Shown piece by piece: positions 1 through 13,692 of a stretch of DNA of 64,000 nucleotides. The DNA is taken from contig NMRA01000163.1 in assembly GCA_002633005.1 (NCBI GenBank), positions 710,884-774,883 of the forward strand, given 5' to 3'. The translations under genes were made by a program, and so were the position numbers. The notes beneath the pieces are model-generated. The model ran no database searches and was not told the origin of the DNA. It saw nothing but the letters and a program-made list of their open reading frames with translations. The stretch comes from Phoronis australis (taxonomy: Eukaryota; Animalia; Phoronida). Each line of letters begins with the position of its first letter. The first letter of the stretch is position 1.

Positions 1-730
1 AAATTACGTCAAAATGATCAAGTCTCATATCAATTCCACAGAGCTTTTTTATCCAGTTTTCAACAGTTTTGGACAAGTAAACAAGACCACTACAAATGAA
101 AAAGGTCTTCAGAATGAGAATTACAAAAAGTACAACTATCTGAATTTCTAACACCAATCTTACTCAAAAACTTATTGGTTCCGAGTAGTCTGTGAGTTAA
201 ACGTCTTTGAAACCATTTAAGCTGGACATCACAAGAAAAGTTAATAGAATAAGAATAAGCTTTTCTCCACCACTCATGGGGAATTACAGTATTCAACTGT
301 TTTTCCCAACTTTCCTCAAATTTGGGTTTTTTATATAGTTTTTGTATTAAGTGGGTATAAATTTGTTTATTGACTTTTTGTCTCAATATAAGAATGGAAT
401 TAAATGTTGTGCAAAACGGCAAGGTTATCTCGATTTCACTACATGGCCTAATTTGAGAATGACGAATAGTTTGATGAATTGCACTTCCAATACCCCAAAA
501 AGATGTAAATGATGGAGAAAACCTGTATCTTTCACAAAAACTCTCAGTCTGGTAAGACATAAAATGACCATTATGGTTCAACAAATCGTGGATAAAAATT
601 ATCCCTCTTTTATACCAGTCATTGTAGAAAACAAACTTTTTATCAATCAAAATATGTTCATTATACCAGAGTGGTTCGTAATAAAATTCCTCTTTAATGT
701 GAGTTTATACAAAATGGATGTTCAGGCTTC
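1..730 (-). mobile_element. L1/Tx1-clade LINE ORF2 C-terminal remnant (post-RT region with zf-RVT zinc knuckle), inside a BCR/ABR intron
   Basis: Minus-strand frame reads EPLWYNEHILIDKKFVFYNDWYKRGIIFIHDLL...KWFQRRLTHRLLGTNKFLSKIGVRNSDSCTFCNSHSEDLFHL(stop), matching the PLWxN...W...GI..I.DL and CxxC...E...H zf-RVT pattern of Tx1/L1 ORF2. An in-frame stop indicates decay. Confidence 0.85.
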
Positions 731-813
731 GATTCACTCTGTACTAGGCATATTGCAGCCTTGCCGTAAATTGAAATCAGGCTAAGTGCACGTGCCTTAC
801 ACGCACAACTTAC

Positions 814-866
814 ATGCAGAACCAGCGTGCCACGTTGAAATCTCACTACTGGTTTGTGCAGGAGTT
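814..866 (-). CDS. BCR: BCR/ABR-like RhoGEF, DH-domain exon ((E)LLHKPVVRFQRGTLVLH); gene continues past the left edge
   Basis: AG/GT-bounded 53-nt exon, phase 1 to 0. Resembles human BCR ETLLYKPVDRVTRSTLVLH. Confidence 0.88.
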
Positions 867-1696
867 CTGTAAAACACAATTAACATAACTGTTAGGATTA
901 CCATACCTTAATACATTTTTGCACACCCAGTTTCAAATTTAAAGTAACAACAGATTTCTTCACATTATAGATCAGGAAAGGTGTGAAGGATGTTACCTAG
1001 TCCTGAGTTAACTTTGTTTATACTGGACAACCCATGTGGAGCTGACGGCAGCCATGAAAGAGGGTGACCCAGTCCTCAATAATACAGGAATTCAACAGTT
1101 AGTATTATGGAATGAAAATAACGCAGATCTGTTATTGCCTGAGGTGAAAAAAATCAAACGATACTTTCCAGAGAAATGTCAATGTGCTAAACTTTCTACC
1201 TCACTATGTTTCCGTGTCAACAATGACAAACAAGAGTACACAGCAGCTTGAATTTTGAAGTTTCATAAAGACATACAACACAAGACAAAAGTAATCAGAC
1301 AAAATACCTTTCTCCCATCCGATAATAACTACTAGGGGACCAAATTCTAATTACAGAATATCTTAACGACCTAAACTTTCCCCGTTTCTCTTCATTCTCA
1401 GTCATGACTATAACACTTCTCTGATGATGAATTTGGTTTCCACCCAGCTGTCATGACAAGAAATTCCATGACATTTTGTTTGAATACTTTGGCATGTACT
1501 GTATGCTTCAAAATCCATGACATCATCAAGTAAAGAGCAACAAAATTGTTACGCAGGTGAGATATTTAACTCCTATCAACGATCAGTTAAGTTTTATTAA
1601 GCAGCTGAATTGTTCTTTAAAACCAGCAGTTTTTGTTGAATGTGAGTTTGAACACATAACCAGATGCACAGGACAAAGAAACACATCGTAGCCTAC

Positions 1697-1742
1697 CATC
1701 TAAGTCATAAACTTCCTTGTTATTTGAAGGGAGCTTCATGGC
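1697..1742 (-). CDS. BCR: BCR/ABR-like DH-domain exon (AMKLPSNNKEVYDLD)
   Basis: 46-nt exon, CAG|GCC...G|GTAGGC. Phase 0 to 1 bridges the flanking exons exactly. Confidence 0.75.
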
Positions 1743-2711
1743 CTGCAATATACAAAGATCAAACATGCCCTACATTTCCATGTGACAACCGCAAATAGGA
1801 GATCAGTTTAGAAAAACGTGGCAATGGGTAAATTGCCCCACTGGGCCTCGAATCTATGAGCAAGTTTGGCAGAGATATGAGACACATAATTTTCTGTAAG
1901 TTCTTTTTTGATTTGATTTTTGGGAGAGGCATTCTAAAGCTACCTCGGTAACGTGGCAATTTGTGATGGCTCTAAACAGCCAATTGCAAATCAAACTGAT
2001 AAATCCAAAGTTGGAATTTGTATATTATCAAGCAAGATGCGCTTGACAACAGCGCCAACATTTTTGCAGTTTTGATCAATGTTATAATAATATTGATTGG
2101 TTGCTCAGTATTGTCCTCATGCTAGAATCTGAAAGTAATGGGTATTGCGAATCAGTTTTTTACGCACATACTGGCCTGAGTTAAGCAATCGCAGTACGTC
2201 AATGGATATTTTTTGATGCAACATTGACGTGGAGCGTAGTAAAAATAGCACCATCCCTAAATTATGCCAGTGCAAATTAAATTTAAAGGGGTCTGTTTCT
2301 AATTATGACTTGAACAGTCAAGAAAATCATGCAGGAATTAACTAATTATAGCAAAATGGACTCAAAGTTTAATAGCCATCAGAACTGTTGCTATCTGTGT
2401 TCAATTTTATAGTGACTGATATCTTCTACACTTGTATGTACACGTTGTGACTAGAACTCAAGGCAAATGTGTCTTTAGATTTCAGCAAAGTATTTTTTAA
2501 ATATACTCAGCAGCAAACCATTGCTTCAAGTAAGTGCAGTTAAGTAACATGACACGGCACAACGACCTAAATGTATATTTTGACCAAATACTCTCATAAA
2601 TCCAAAATTGCTGTATATTCAAAACCTGAGCTCATGCAGCTTAAAAAGTGAACATAAAAAAGTAGATTGAAAGTATTAATTTTATCACCGGATCGCATAG
2701 GCAGTTCTTAC

Positions 2712-2819
2712 CTGTGACATTTCTCTGAAGCGCTCGGATTCTTGACAACACCTATGGAAAGTGGTCATTGCTTTCTGATAATTCTTCAAATACTCAACAT
2801 TGTCTGATGAGAAGACAGC
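2712..2819 (-). CDS. BCR: BCR/ABR-like DH-domain exon (AVFSSDNVEYLKNYQKAMTTFHRCCQESERFREMSQ)
   Basis: 108-nt phase-0 exon with polypyrimidine-CAG acceptor and GTAAG donor. Resembles BCR ...NYGVAMEMAEKCCQANAQFAEISE. Confidence 0.88.
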
Positions 2820-4086
2820 CTGAAAAAAGTGTTAAAACTATAATGTCATGTTCAAACCAAATGGGACAGTTTCAGAGATTCAGTTTTTAACCATGGCAAA
2901 TGAAATGAAGAAACACCTGATGTATACAGTCATGTGCATAGTTACTTAGATGACCAACAATGTCATTGCTAGAAGTTTAATTGAATTGCATTTTTCCCTG
3001 TTAAGCTGGTTAGAAAACGAAAATCTGATTTTCACTCTCATAAAATTGGTCTCATAATATTCCTTACTACGGTAGAAATTTATTTCATCTGTTACCAACT
3101 GAAATCATAGGCAATGCACATAATACACCATGCAATGCGCAATGTACACGCGCCATTTTTGAATTCTGAGTTTAGGGTTGGCCAACCTCAATAACCCCTG
3201 CAGTGTTTTCTTGAGTTATTGTCAGTTTTAATGTCCTTCAATGTAATGGAAGTAGAATAAAAGACCACAATACAATGATATCTTAGAAACAGCTGACCAT
3301 TCATATGAAACCTTCAGATACCATTCTTAATGCACTACAAAACACTAGTTGGAATTGTTTCTTAAATGTTTCATAATTGTGTGTCGGATTGACAAAACAT
3401 AGGGCTACGATTTTTACAAAAAATAATCAAAATTTATGGAAGAATATAAAGCGATAATTTAGGAAACAGTAACACTACTTTGGAGATTTTATTTTGAACA
3501 TTTATATCAAATGAAATTTATCGATGCTTTCCTATGAATCCACCGCTCTCTTTCGCTCAGTTTTACCAAAAAAAAACATAGCCATGTGACCCAAGTGAAA
3601 AGAAATTGTCTAAAAATGTCATCAGAAAAAATCGTCTACAGGGAGACCGCTGAGGGAAATCAGCTGTTACGGATTCATTTTCATGAAGGAGAGTAAGGAT
3701 CAACCAAAAAGAGAATTTTTGTATGCTTCTGAGAATAAAATATTATTGAAATCTCTATCAATAGCGGGTAACCTGTTCTGACAGTAATATCAGCTCTATA
3801 ACAAGTCCTTTAGAACAACGTAGAAAAATAAATATTTCTCCATAATAAGTAATAATTATGGAATGTATAAAGATCTCTGAAAAAATTGAGACTTTTAAAC
3901 TAAAAAATTTCAATGACGTAACTTTAAAAAACACCAAAGGAATTAGTGACACATTGGATTCAACATGCAAACAAAGTATGTACTAAGAACAAAGAAACAA
4001 AAAGCTCATTTTCAATCAACAATAAATACAATGTCTTACTTTTAATTAGGAAAAAATAGAGAGCACTGCCAATATCTAAAACGTAC

Positions 4087-4272
4087 TTGTTCCTTGAAAA
4101 TGTTTCCAATCATAGAGTTATCCGTCCAGTTCTTGACAACCGGCTCCAACATGGCAACAAAGTCCGAGTGACGTTGGTGAAGAGCGGGTATCTTGAAAAA
4201 CATGCACTCAATATCCTCCGCGCTAACCACAGGCTGGGAAGTTTCACCAGCCTTTTCCAATATGTTTCGCAC
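4087..4272 (-). CDS. BCR: BCR/ABR-like DH-domain exon (VRNILEKAGETSQPVVSAEDIECMFFKIPALHQRH...GNIFKEQ)
   Basis: 186-nt phase-0 exon inside ORF 4042..4299. TSQPV...IE..FFK.P.L...H matches BCR [25 protein letters not shown]. Confidence 0.92.
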
Positions 4273-4936
4273 CTGCAAGAATATTTTTTGACTGAACAAG
4301 TGTCTAAACTGTATTATACCGTATTATGCCGTATTATTAGTGAAGAACAATTTTATTGGGCATAGCGCCCAGTCAATTTAATGCGCACCCTCAATTAAGA
4401 TCAAAAAAGCGAATGGGTGTCTAAGTCTTTGTGAACACTAATCTCACATGATTTTTCCCCAAAATCTACGAGACTTGCCTACTTTAATTATTGACAGTCA
4501 GCATTTCAGCGACTCCTCACTTTATTCAGGTGCAAAAGTACTCTCCTAATGCTTTATTTGACTCATGCTCACAAGGCCGACGTTAACATAACTTCCTAGC
4601 ATTTCCTGCACAGACCGCAAGTGCAATTAACTCGCTTTAACCCCATCCTAAATTTAACCACCTGCTGCATTGACACCAAAGGGTAAAGGCAGTTTTATCT
4701 CAGTCGCCAACTGCAAATTAGTTGCTTGTCATTCTGTCAATGGTGACAACTTATAGAGTACTAATCAGCATAAAATTGACAAAATTTATTAGTCGAATGG
4801 GAGCAATTTAAAACTAATTTAACATTTTTAACTTTCAAGCGAAAAGACCATATAAAACAAATATTATTCAGAAAGCAATATAAAAGCATTGATTGAAATA
4901 TTAATATGCACAATGTAATATAATGAATATTGATAC

Positions 4937-5053
4937 CTCTTGTAGAAACTTGAGCGTGTCTACGTATTGTCGCTCACTCTCTAGAATACCATTAACCACC
5001 CACTTCCTCATACGCAACTTGTCAATGTCTGCAACCGACGCATACTCCACGGC
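4937..5053 (-). CDS. BCR: BCR/ABR-like exon at the start of the DH domain (AVEYASVADIDKLRMRKWVVNGILESERQYVDTLKFLQE)
   Basis: 117-nt phase-0 exon. MRKWV..GIL.SE..Y matches BCR/ABR MRKWVLSGILASEETY. Confidence 0.92.
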
Positions 5054-5192
5054 CTGCAACAGACGACATCAATATAATCCTCGACAACCTTGAAGTTTGT
5101 TTTTTCAGAATTCTCTAATACTACTTTTAAACTAACAATTTTCATCCCTCAAAAGTACATTTTCTGAATCCTCAAGAACTGAAATATCTTAA

Positions 5193-5546
5193 AGTGCCAA
5201 TAAAACCGCCTTTCACCACAAAAAATAATAATTATTATATTTTGATTTAGAATACAGTTACTATCAAATTGTCTTTCGATCAAACTGAAGATGATTTCAA
5301 GGCTTTGAAAGAAATCACAATTCATTATTAGAGGTCAGACTCTACAAGTTGGCTACCCGTAATGTCACAATGTCACAGTATGTCATTTTGTGCCCAGAAT
5401 ACAGTGTCAATGAATAACGAGCTGCCAGTTCTTTGCAAATCCAGATATCACTTCTTGCCTGAGTAATGGACCAAGGTGAAACGAATGCAGTAAGTGGGTA
5501 AGATCAAAAGTTCACCTTTTAGACAAAAGGTGGGTTTCGAGCCACT
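5193..5546. mobile_element. TTAA-flanked MITE (Kolobok-like, non-autonomous)
   Basis: Left end TTAA-AGTGCCAATAAAACCGCCTTT; right end reverse-complemented TTAA-AGTGGCTCGAAACCCACCTTT. Imperfect TIRs with TTAA on both sides. Confidence 0.55.
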
Positions 5547-8038
5547 TTAATTCAAACCTTGAAACGGGATACACCACTTCTGTGAATTTTTATAAATGCT
5601 TTAAACAAGAATTTTTAAAGACCGAAACGGCTAAACAACTTTATGTTTGGCAATCACGTCTCAGACCTATCATTTATAACCCACAATTATCACCACACTG
5701 ATATCAAATATCGCAGTCCCATTTAAAAATGACCCAGGTCTTCTACATGCAAAAAATATTATCACAACTGCTGAGAACTAATAGGATTAGAGAGAGCGGG
5801 GTGTCAACTAAGAGGTTGTTTGGCTGAGAACCAAGAACCCCTCTTTAAATAGAAATGGCAGGGTCATATTTTTAAGTGGGGGGACTGCAGTTTTTAATGA
5901 ACACCAGAACAGTCAAATAAATCATCAACTCCCAGTAGAAGGAGTCAGGTGGTTCCACAATACTACAGTTAGTTCCAGACTTTGGATGAACGGTAATTCC
6001 CATCGTCTATTCCCACATCTTCATTTTCGACCATGAATATCTCCATTGATGGAGGGAAAATCAAAAATCAAAGAAATGGTTTCCTCGACCAGACTACGGT
6101 AAAATCTCATGTGGACTGAATGGACACGACAAGGCGAAAACAAAATTTTATTTTCATATTTACCATGAAAGATATGTAGCAATAGTTTTTACATGTTCAA
6201 CAGTTCAAGGTCTGTACCATAGCTAATACCAGGAAAGATTTTGAATAATTACGGACATTCACAACAACATTCGAAGCCTCCAAAAATAACTATTTTGGTG
6301 ATTACATTTTTAAAAACTGGTGAGATTTTACTGCACTGAATCAACCCACACACTAAGTATTTGCTGACATGTGGAAAATGAATTTTTGGAGAAAAATCCA
6401 AGAAAGTCGACAATTACCTTAACAATAACTTGAAGAGTTTTAAGCCATGGCTATTGCATAAAAATCTTGAGACATGCTTGAGACTCAGAGCTTGAGAAGA
6501 CCAAGCTTTTCGCACAATAGAAAAAGAAATGTTGATTGTTCCCATGGAACGTCATTTTCAGGTCTTTAAAAGTGGAGGAGAGGAATGATAAACAGTGAAA
6601 GAAAAGAGGAAATGGCATAAAACAAAGGGCGGTAAAGCATTAACCCTGTACCATACATATCATCTCAAAAGGTCAACTGTGTGAAACTTGTAGATCACAA
6701 TCTAGGTGGCTACTTGTAAAAAAGGAAGACATTTAATGCATACAGGAAGTAAAGGGCTAATATCAGATGGCTGCTAGATCCTTGTGACATGTTTATCACA
6801 AGAGTTGCCACACACTACAAACAGTACTGTAAACGGAAAAATAATCAGACACAACGACATAGAAATCCATTGACATGAAACTGTGGGCTTGCAACAGAAT
6901 TGCCCATCATGACGGCTGACCACAATCAGAATTCAGTAGAACTAGTCTTGACCAGTCATAAAGGATCATCACCAAGGATGGAGGAATTCTATTATATGAT
7001 ATTACTTTAGCTGCTTGCTGTACCTCTTTTCTTACGGTAAAATCTCACCAGTTGGTACACAAGATGACCGACAAGTGAAATTTTAATTTACCACTTTTCC
7101 ATGAAAGATATGTCGCACCAAATTAATGAGTTCAACATCTATACCACAGCCACCAACAGACAATGGTTTGAGAAACATGACCATACACAGCAACGGTAGA
7201 AGAACTTTAAGCAATTTTAGCAAATCATTATTGCCCAAAAGTGGTGACATTTTACCGTACTTGTTTCCATGTTCTAAACTTGGCCGCACATTTTGTCTGG
7301 GAACTGGATGATCATGGTATTTGAACAAAGCATGAAAAGTAGTGCATTCTATTATTGTTTTGATAACGCATCACAATATCAAATATTGATCAAGGTTAAA
7401 CAATGTACTTTCAAGCAACTGGTCGCAGAATCCAATAAACCCAATCACCATCACAAAAGAAAAAATTGTCATGGAATTTTTCACTTCGAAACAATGTTAA
7501 CAGGAATTATTCATCAGATGACCTCCAAATGTCTTACAAATTGGCATCAATATTTCACTACTCTACAAAATCGATCTCAAAATTTCCATACCATGACAGG
7601 ACTAATCTCAGAATAAGAAGAACTCAAATTTAACTCTTAACAAGTCGCAAAACAACTTTTCTGCAAATTAAGGAAAATTTACCAAAAGTAAATTGATAGC
7701 ATCTATACAGAACAAACTAAAACGTACCTGATCTTTATCTTGGCAGAGACATTTGACAAAATAGCATTTTGCTTATCCGCCAATTACTGTGGGCTTAATA
7801 TTAGTGAATTAGCATGTTGACTGTCTTCGAATTGGCAAGATGCTTAACTATGTATCCTAAAAAATTAATTGGTGGTAAAACCAGTTTCACCACCAGATTG
7901 AATCTGTATTCATAATATTCATTTTAAAGTTAACCCAAGAAAACATTAAGAATGAATGTTTTTAGAGTATAATGACTACGGAGAAATGTATAGATTTTAG
8001 AAACACTTGAGTTTTAATCTCGTATTTCCATGACCATA

Positions 8039-9094
8039 GTGTAGTCGCCCTAATAAGCGCCCAAGGCGCTTAGAAAAGTTCGTTTCGGGGGAGGGGGGTG
8101 CTTATTATAGCTTAAAGCAGTTGAAACCCTACACTCTGCGATGTATCTGTAATCTACCACAGACTTTCAACAAAATTTTGGTGCATTGCGATGAAACTTC
8201 GTTGTTAAATTACAATCCTTTCTCAGAAAATTGTGCAGAAGTCACGGCAAAAACTCGCCGACTGATGCGTCGCTACCTCGCAATGGTCGAATTAGGGCAA
8301 CTTGAATTCTTGAATAAAAATACAAATTCGACACAACAAATTACCTGAAATCATCCTTAAGTTTTCCAAATAGCATCCCTAAGATTTTTAAGTTTCTGTG
8401 GAGTTGGGATTAACTGCAGATTAAGTCCAAATCTGCGCTACATCACACCCTGCAACATGAGAAAAATCTGGACGAACACATGTTATTGTCACGTGACGTT
8501 TGTTTTGAAGTTCGTCTGCGTGTGAGTGTCGAGTGAGCGAATGTGTGCGTGTAATTAGAGTTCATTTGGCAGAGCAGCAGGCCTACATGTAGGTTAAACG
8601 CGCGCTTCCTGGGCATGAGCTTTTAACACACTGATCAAGTTCTTTTATTAGTCTTCGATTCTCAGTTTTCACGTGTACAAAGAAATCTGGATTCTTGATG
8701 AGGAAGACCTGTACGGGAAAGATACAATACAATCCCATTAACAAGTACGCTAGGTCTGTTCTGAAAGGCCTGTCACCATAGAGACACGTCCCTCGCAAGA
8801 TCAGCAAAACTTTTGCGTTGTTTTTGAAGCACTGCGGAAGTTTGAAGAGTATAATCATGGCTAAATAGCCACATAGCAGCGAGGCTCGACGGTGGTATAG
8901 AAATTCCGTGCACAATGATTTTTTCAGGACTGTCGGATATTATTGATAAATTGAAGACGTTAACTGTAGAATTCTAGAACTGTAGGTAAAGCATTTTTCG
9001 CACGTACTCGTTCATGGGCTGGGTGCTTATCGAGATCTGAAAACACATGGGGGGGCGCTTATAAGGGCATGGGCGCTTATTAGGGCGAATACGG
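8039..9094. mobile_element. Non-autonomous Tc1/mariner (Tc2/pogo-type, CCGTA termini) DNA transposon
   Basis: TIRs GTAGTCGCCCTAATAAGCGCCC (8041) and GGGCGCTTATTAGGGCGAATACGG (9071-9094), TA on both flanks, and subterminal GGGGCGCTTAT repeats. Confidence 0.7.
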
Positions 9095-9561
9095 TAATTA
9101 ATATCAAAATTAATGTAGATGAAAATTTCATCAGTGTCAAGCGCTTTCATCCAAGACAAATTCATGAAATTTTGAGTGGTAAATCAATAATAATGCGGTA
9201 GCAATAAGGTTTTAATTAGGAGCAGTACTGTAGTTCAGTTACAATAGCTGTGCATGAGGCTCCTCTGAGGCTCCAGACATAATGTTTACACTGTAACAGA
9301 GATCAAGCTATTTTTGCCATATGGTGGCCAGAGTGGAACTTTGCCACACTGGCTGGCTCCTGAGCATCATGGTACTTACCAGGCTCATTTGACACCATAA
9401 GGAAGTTGAAAATAGTAATTGTCACACTGAAAGTCATTGGTTAAGAACTCAACAACTACAACACTTGAGTACAAGTGCTGCTTGGCGACAATTGACTAGA
9501 TATCTAGATGGAACTTGTTATGAGTGTGAAAACTTCAAAAGACTGTACTGTAACGTATAAA

Positions 9562-9621
9562 CATGCACACACATGAACACACACATGCACCCGCGTCTGC
9601 ACACACACACGCACACGCACA

Positions 9622-9655
<34 letters not shown>
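9562..9655. repeat. (CA)n/(GCAC)n microsatellite
   Basis: Directly visible dinucleotide tract. Confidence 0.95.
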
Positions 9656-9659
<4 letters not shown>

Positions 9660-12600
9660 TGCAAGTATTTAATACATCAACATATATTCTGATGTGGATA
9701 ACAGGCTGTTGAATGTAATACTTTTTAACAACTCCTATCATGCTAATATATGTCTTGTTACTTCACCAACAGTCCCATATACAAGGGTCCCATATTTTGA
9801 GAAACAGTTTGATGTCCATCACTCAGTGGAGATGCGAGATCCCTGTTAAAGTGACTGTGACCCAGATTTTGAGAACCAGTTTGATGCTCATTATTAAATG
9901 GAGAAAACTGGTTCACAAATGTGATCTCTGCAAGTGACTACCACCAACACTTCTGCTCTACACTCAGGACAGTCCTGTGTGATACTGCCAACTATTTTGA
10001 TGAACACCAGTTACAAACTTTGAGCACACAGTGGAAACCAACACTGATCAGAAATAAAATATTTGCATTTCATGTATCTGCTGTTACATATAGCCTCAGG
10101 ACTCCTACATACAAGGGTGAGAAAACAACAACAACAAAAAAAACAGCACAGGGCCCCCTTTCGCAGTGTCCTAAGGTCTGTCACAAAGTTAACAGTCTGT
10201 ATAGTCTGACACACCCATTAATTTTTACCAAACATTTGTCAAGTGATTTTTCTGTGCATTTCTGGTAAGTCAGGAATGCACAACAATCTAATTCTAATAA
10301 CAGCCATGAGTTGAGAATAACCTGTGTACTAGCTATGTTCTTTGTAATAAACTTTAACTTTTACCCCATTCATTCCCATACAAAACAGAGCTCTAATAAT
10401 TTTTACAACATGGAACTTGAGCATTCTGTCCTTTGGAAATCAAAACTGGCCATGATGTAATTTTAGAGGCATCTTTATCAGTGATTTGAGTAGACTGAAA
10501 GAGCAAAAAAGTGAAAACTAATGTCTTGATTTGTTAGGCAACTCTTATCTCAATGCCATCAGATTGATGTGTATAGGTGTGAAACTGCAAGTCCTTTGCC
10601 AAACAAGGACTTGTCATTTGATCAGGAAGTACGCTGGTTACATGGGTTGATCTATTCTCTTGCAGTGTAAGATCAGGAAATGACTAATTCCATGTGAATT
10701 GGGCCACATTATTAGTCAAATTTCATTAAAAAAGGAAATAGAAAAATCATGCGAAAATATAGCTTAAATTATCTTGTGTTAAACTGTAATATGGAAAATA
10801 TGTAAATTCAAGCCACATAAAGAATCTTGAACCTAAACCTTGTAGAATATTTCATAGGTGCTCAAGCCTAATCAACAGATACACTAATTGTGCCCTAATG
10901 GTATTCTGCCGCATACTGAGTAATGTTGTAAACTTTTTGACTCCGATGGGATGTTCTCATGAATTTGAACATTAAAAGGGCAATTTTTCAAAGATTTCTG
11001 TGTTTAAGACAAGCACGAAATGTACCTGAGGTATACTGTTATCTAGACGGTACGCTAAAACGCCACCACTTTAGTAAAAAATAATTACCAACGTTGGCCT
11101 TTCTTCATTTCTCAAAAGCTCGTAACATTATTGTGACTGACCATAGTTTCTCAAAATACTGTCTAATGCTAGCTATGTATGGTCAGGGCCCATGACAAAA
11201 AAGAGGAAATTTTTTACTGTCCCAAATACACATGTTGGGGGGGTGGAGGGGGGAGTAATTGCAATCATCACCAGTCATCTATTTCAGAAACAATAATGAA
11301 AGCAATTACATGCAACAAAAGACATTTTTTAAATTAAAACAACATTTGCAGTGTGAGTGACAGAACTTTATTCTTGATTTGCTGCAGAGACATAATTATT
11401 TTTGTTTCTTATAACTACCATACAAAAAAATTTGAAAATCAATCCAGATATCTGGAAAGGCTGAAGTATGTACACATTTAATTTAAAAAAAATTAATTCC
11501 AACGCAAAGGGAAAAAAGTCAAGACGAAAACTTTTGTCTCATAACCCAAGTGTTAGCATGTAAAAAATCAAAGTCAAAAAATCTACTTTAAACTATAGAA
11601 TACACCAATCACAATCACAGTAAGGTGGCCAATTTTTTCAGTTTCAAACAGTAATTCCAGGTATGGAGTTAATTGTTCATAAGCCGCGCTGGTGTAGAAC
11701 AAACTATGTGACTTATTTACACAAAAAATAACTACCAGGACCCTGAAAATAGGCAGGCAGAATTTGTAAACAATGGCTTATACCAATCAGATCATTCAGA
11801 ACTTGTCACGTGACCACTCCTATCTTGAACTGCAAACTTCGAGTCGGTCAAAATAATACTTTTTAACAAAATAAAACATGAAAAATGTCATAATAAATTG
11901 GAATACACCAACAGCAATTTAGAACTCTTTTTCAGCTGTAACGAAAATAGCACTTAGTATTCTGTTTCGGCAGCAAGTAGAAAATCGGACACAGGACTAG
12001 CAACTTGACAAGTACCGATACTGGCACGGGCTTGCACGTGGTCGTGGGATCAAATAAAAGAATTTCATACATCACTCACATCCCACGATTCAAATGCTAT
12101 TACACTCTGAATCCAATGAATTACCAGTTACAGTTGAATTTCTTTTCAGAGAGCGTTTTTCTTTTTTGTGTTTCATCGTTTTCAAGTGGTCCTCCACAGC
12201 GATTCAGTCATAATTGTCCCTCTGTCAAAGTTTACAGAGCATAAACAATAAATTTTGTTGTTTGAAAACACCTTGACTGTTTCTTTTATCCACTTGTTCC
12301 ACGAAATATTCTGTCTACTCCAAGCTCCACGCATTTTTGGTTGCAGAATTGCACTATTTGTCACCGTGATTTAATACCATATGAAGACGCCAATGATGAA
12401 CCACACTATCCCAGGTGCCCTAGAAATTACGATTTTCGTTCCTCCGGAACATAAAGAGCAGTTTCCGCCTTTCGAGTCGTTGGCACCTCCACGGTTAGAA
12501 ACCAATTTGCCGTGGAAATTTTAAGGCAAATCCGATTTTTTCCCGCAGAAATATATCAAAAATGCGCGAAAGGAACAATAGAAAAAAGTGAAAATTCGCC

Positions 12601-13260
12601 TTTCCGCGGAATATTCCAAGCCTTGATGGTACACAAGTGAAGACTGAGAAAAACTTTATTTAATGCGACTTGACCTTTACAAAAAAGAAAACGTAAATTT
12701 CACTTGTCTGTCATATTGTATTTTATCAGATTTTATCGGTAACAAGTGGAAATAACAGCCATGAAGCTTGGTTGTGAGAGCGGGAATGTGACTTCCCTTG
12801 GCTAAGTTTCCAATTCTGGTGTTCAAACTAGAAAGAACAAGTTGGTTAACTCAAAGCAAAACTTCTTTCACGACAAATATTTTTGCAAAGCTGGACTTTT
12901 AGTGGGAATAACTTCTATCCGGCACTAAGCACTCTTTCATCATTTGGCACAAAGCATATTCTATTGTCGCCACTGTATATAACAGGAAACGGCTATTGAG
13001 AGATCACCTGCCATTGAAAATGAGTAGATCGATTTTTGATGGACTCGTTTGTCCTTTCAAACTCAAAGAGTAACAGTATTTTGACCGTTTTACACGCTGA
13101 TGTCCTGGATGATAGCTTTGGGGTGGAATTCACTTTCTACCACGATAAATTGTAATGAAAAGGTTTGCACGATATTTTGTACCTAACCTATAAATAATTC
13201 AGCAGTTTGGGGAGAGAGTTGGCGGAGGAATTGTCCTTTGATGATTGAACAAACACTTAC

Positions 13261-13298
13261 CGCTGTCTTGTTTGCTTCTGAAGGCACTTCTTTTCCAT
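13261..13298 (-). CDS. BCR: Candidate 38-nt BCR/ABR micro-exon ((D)GKEVPSEANKTA)
   Basis: TTTTACAG acceptor and GCG|GTAAGT donor. Phase 1 to 0 joins the exon-1 donor at 15770 to the phase-0 exon starting at 5053. Confidence 0.55.
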
Positions 13299-13672
13299 CT
13301 GTAAAATGAATTGGAAATTATTGCATAATATCTACTACAAAGTGTTAGCCTGCCCTGAGATATAAGGGATCTGAGTAGTATGCAATTTGGTGAGTCCGAC
13401 ATGCAAGTTGTCAAAGCGACCTCAGATTGTGTGTGGCGAACTTGGAAAATCACAAGTCGCCACTAAGAGTATCAAAGTCAGACAATAATTCCCCCTTAAA
13501 TTTGTTTCAAAGTTTGTGTCGACTTCTGAATCCAAATTTGAATTTACTATTGCATAATCTTAAATTCATTGCCTTTGATTCAAACTTGTTTCGAAGTTCG
13601 TGAAATCATGCAGTGAATTTGCCATCACGATCACGGCAGTTAGCACACATCAATCACGTACTTAAATTACAA

Positions 13673-13692
13673 CCGGAAGTAAAGACGGAAGT
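13673..13692. promoter_or_regulatory. Tandem ETS/GABP-type motifs (CCGGAAGT ... CGGAAGT); possible internal promoter in the BCR/ABR first intron
   Basis: Two closely spaced GGAAGT cores in a locally CpG-containing patch within AT-rich intron sequence. Confidence 0.4.

Noticed and set aside
5285-5320. CTGAAGA...hairpin...GAAA resembling a hammerhead core
   Set aside because: Stem II register is off, there is no stem III or stem I pairing, and it lies inside a MITE.
7728-9426. Extra AG/GT-bounded candidate BCR exons (about 7728-7786 and 9380-9426)
   Set aside because: Their phases or internal stops do not join them to the neighbouring exons in frame, and they show no similarity to BCR/ABR.
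9535-9741. Cys/Val-repeat ORF
   Set aside because: Translation of a (CA)n microsatellite.
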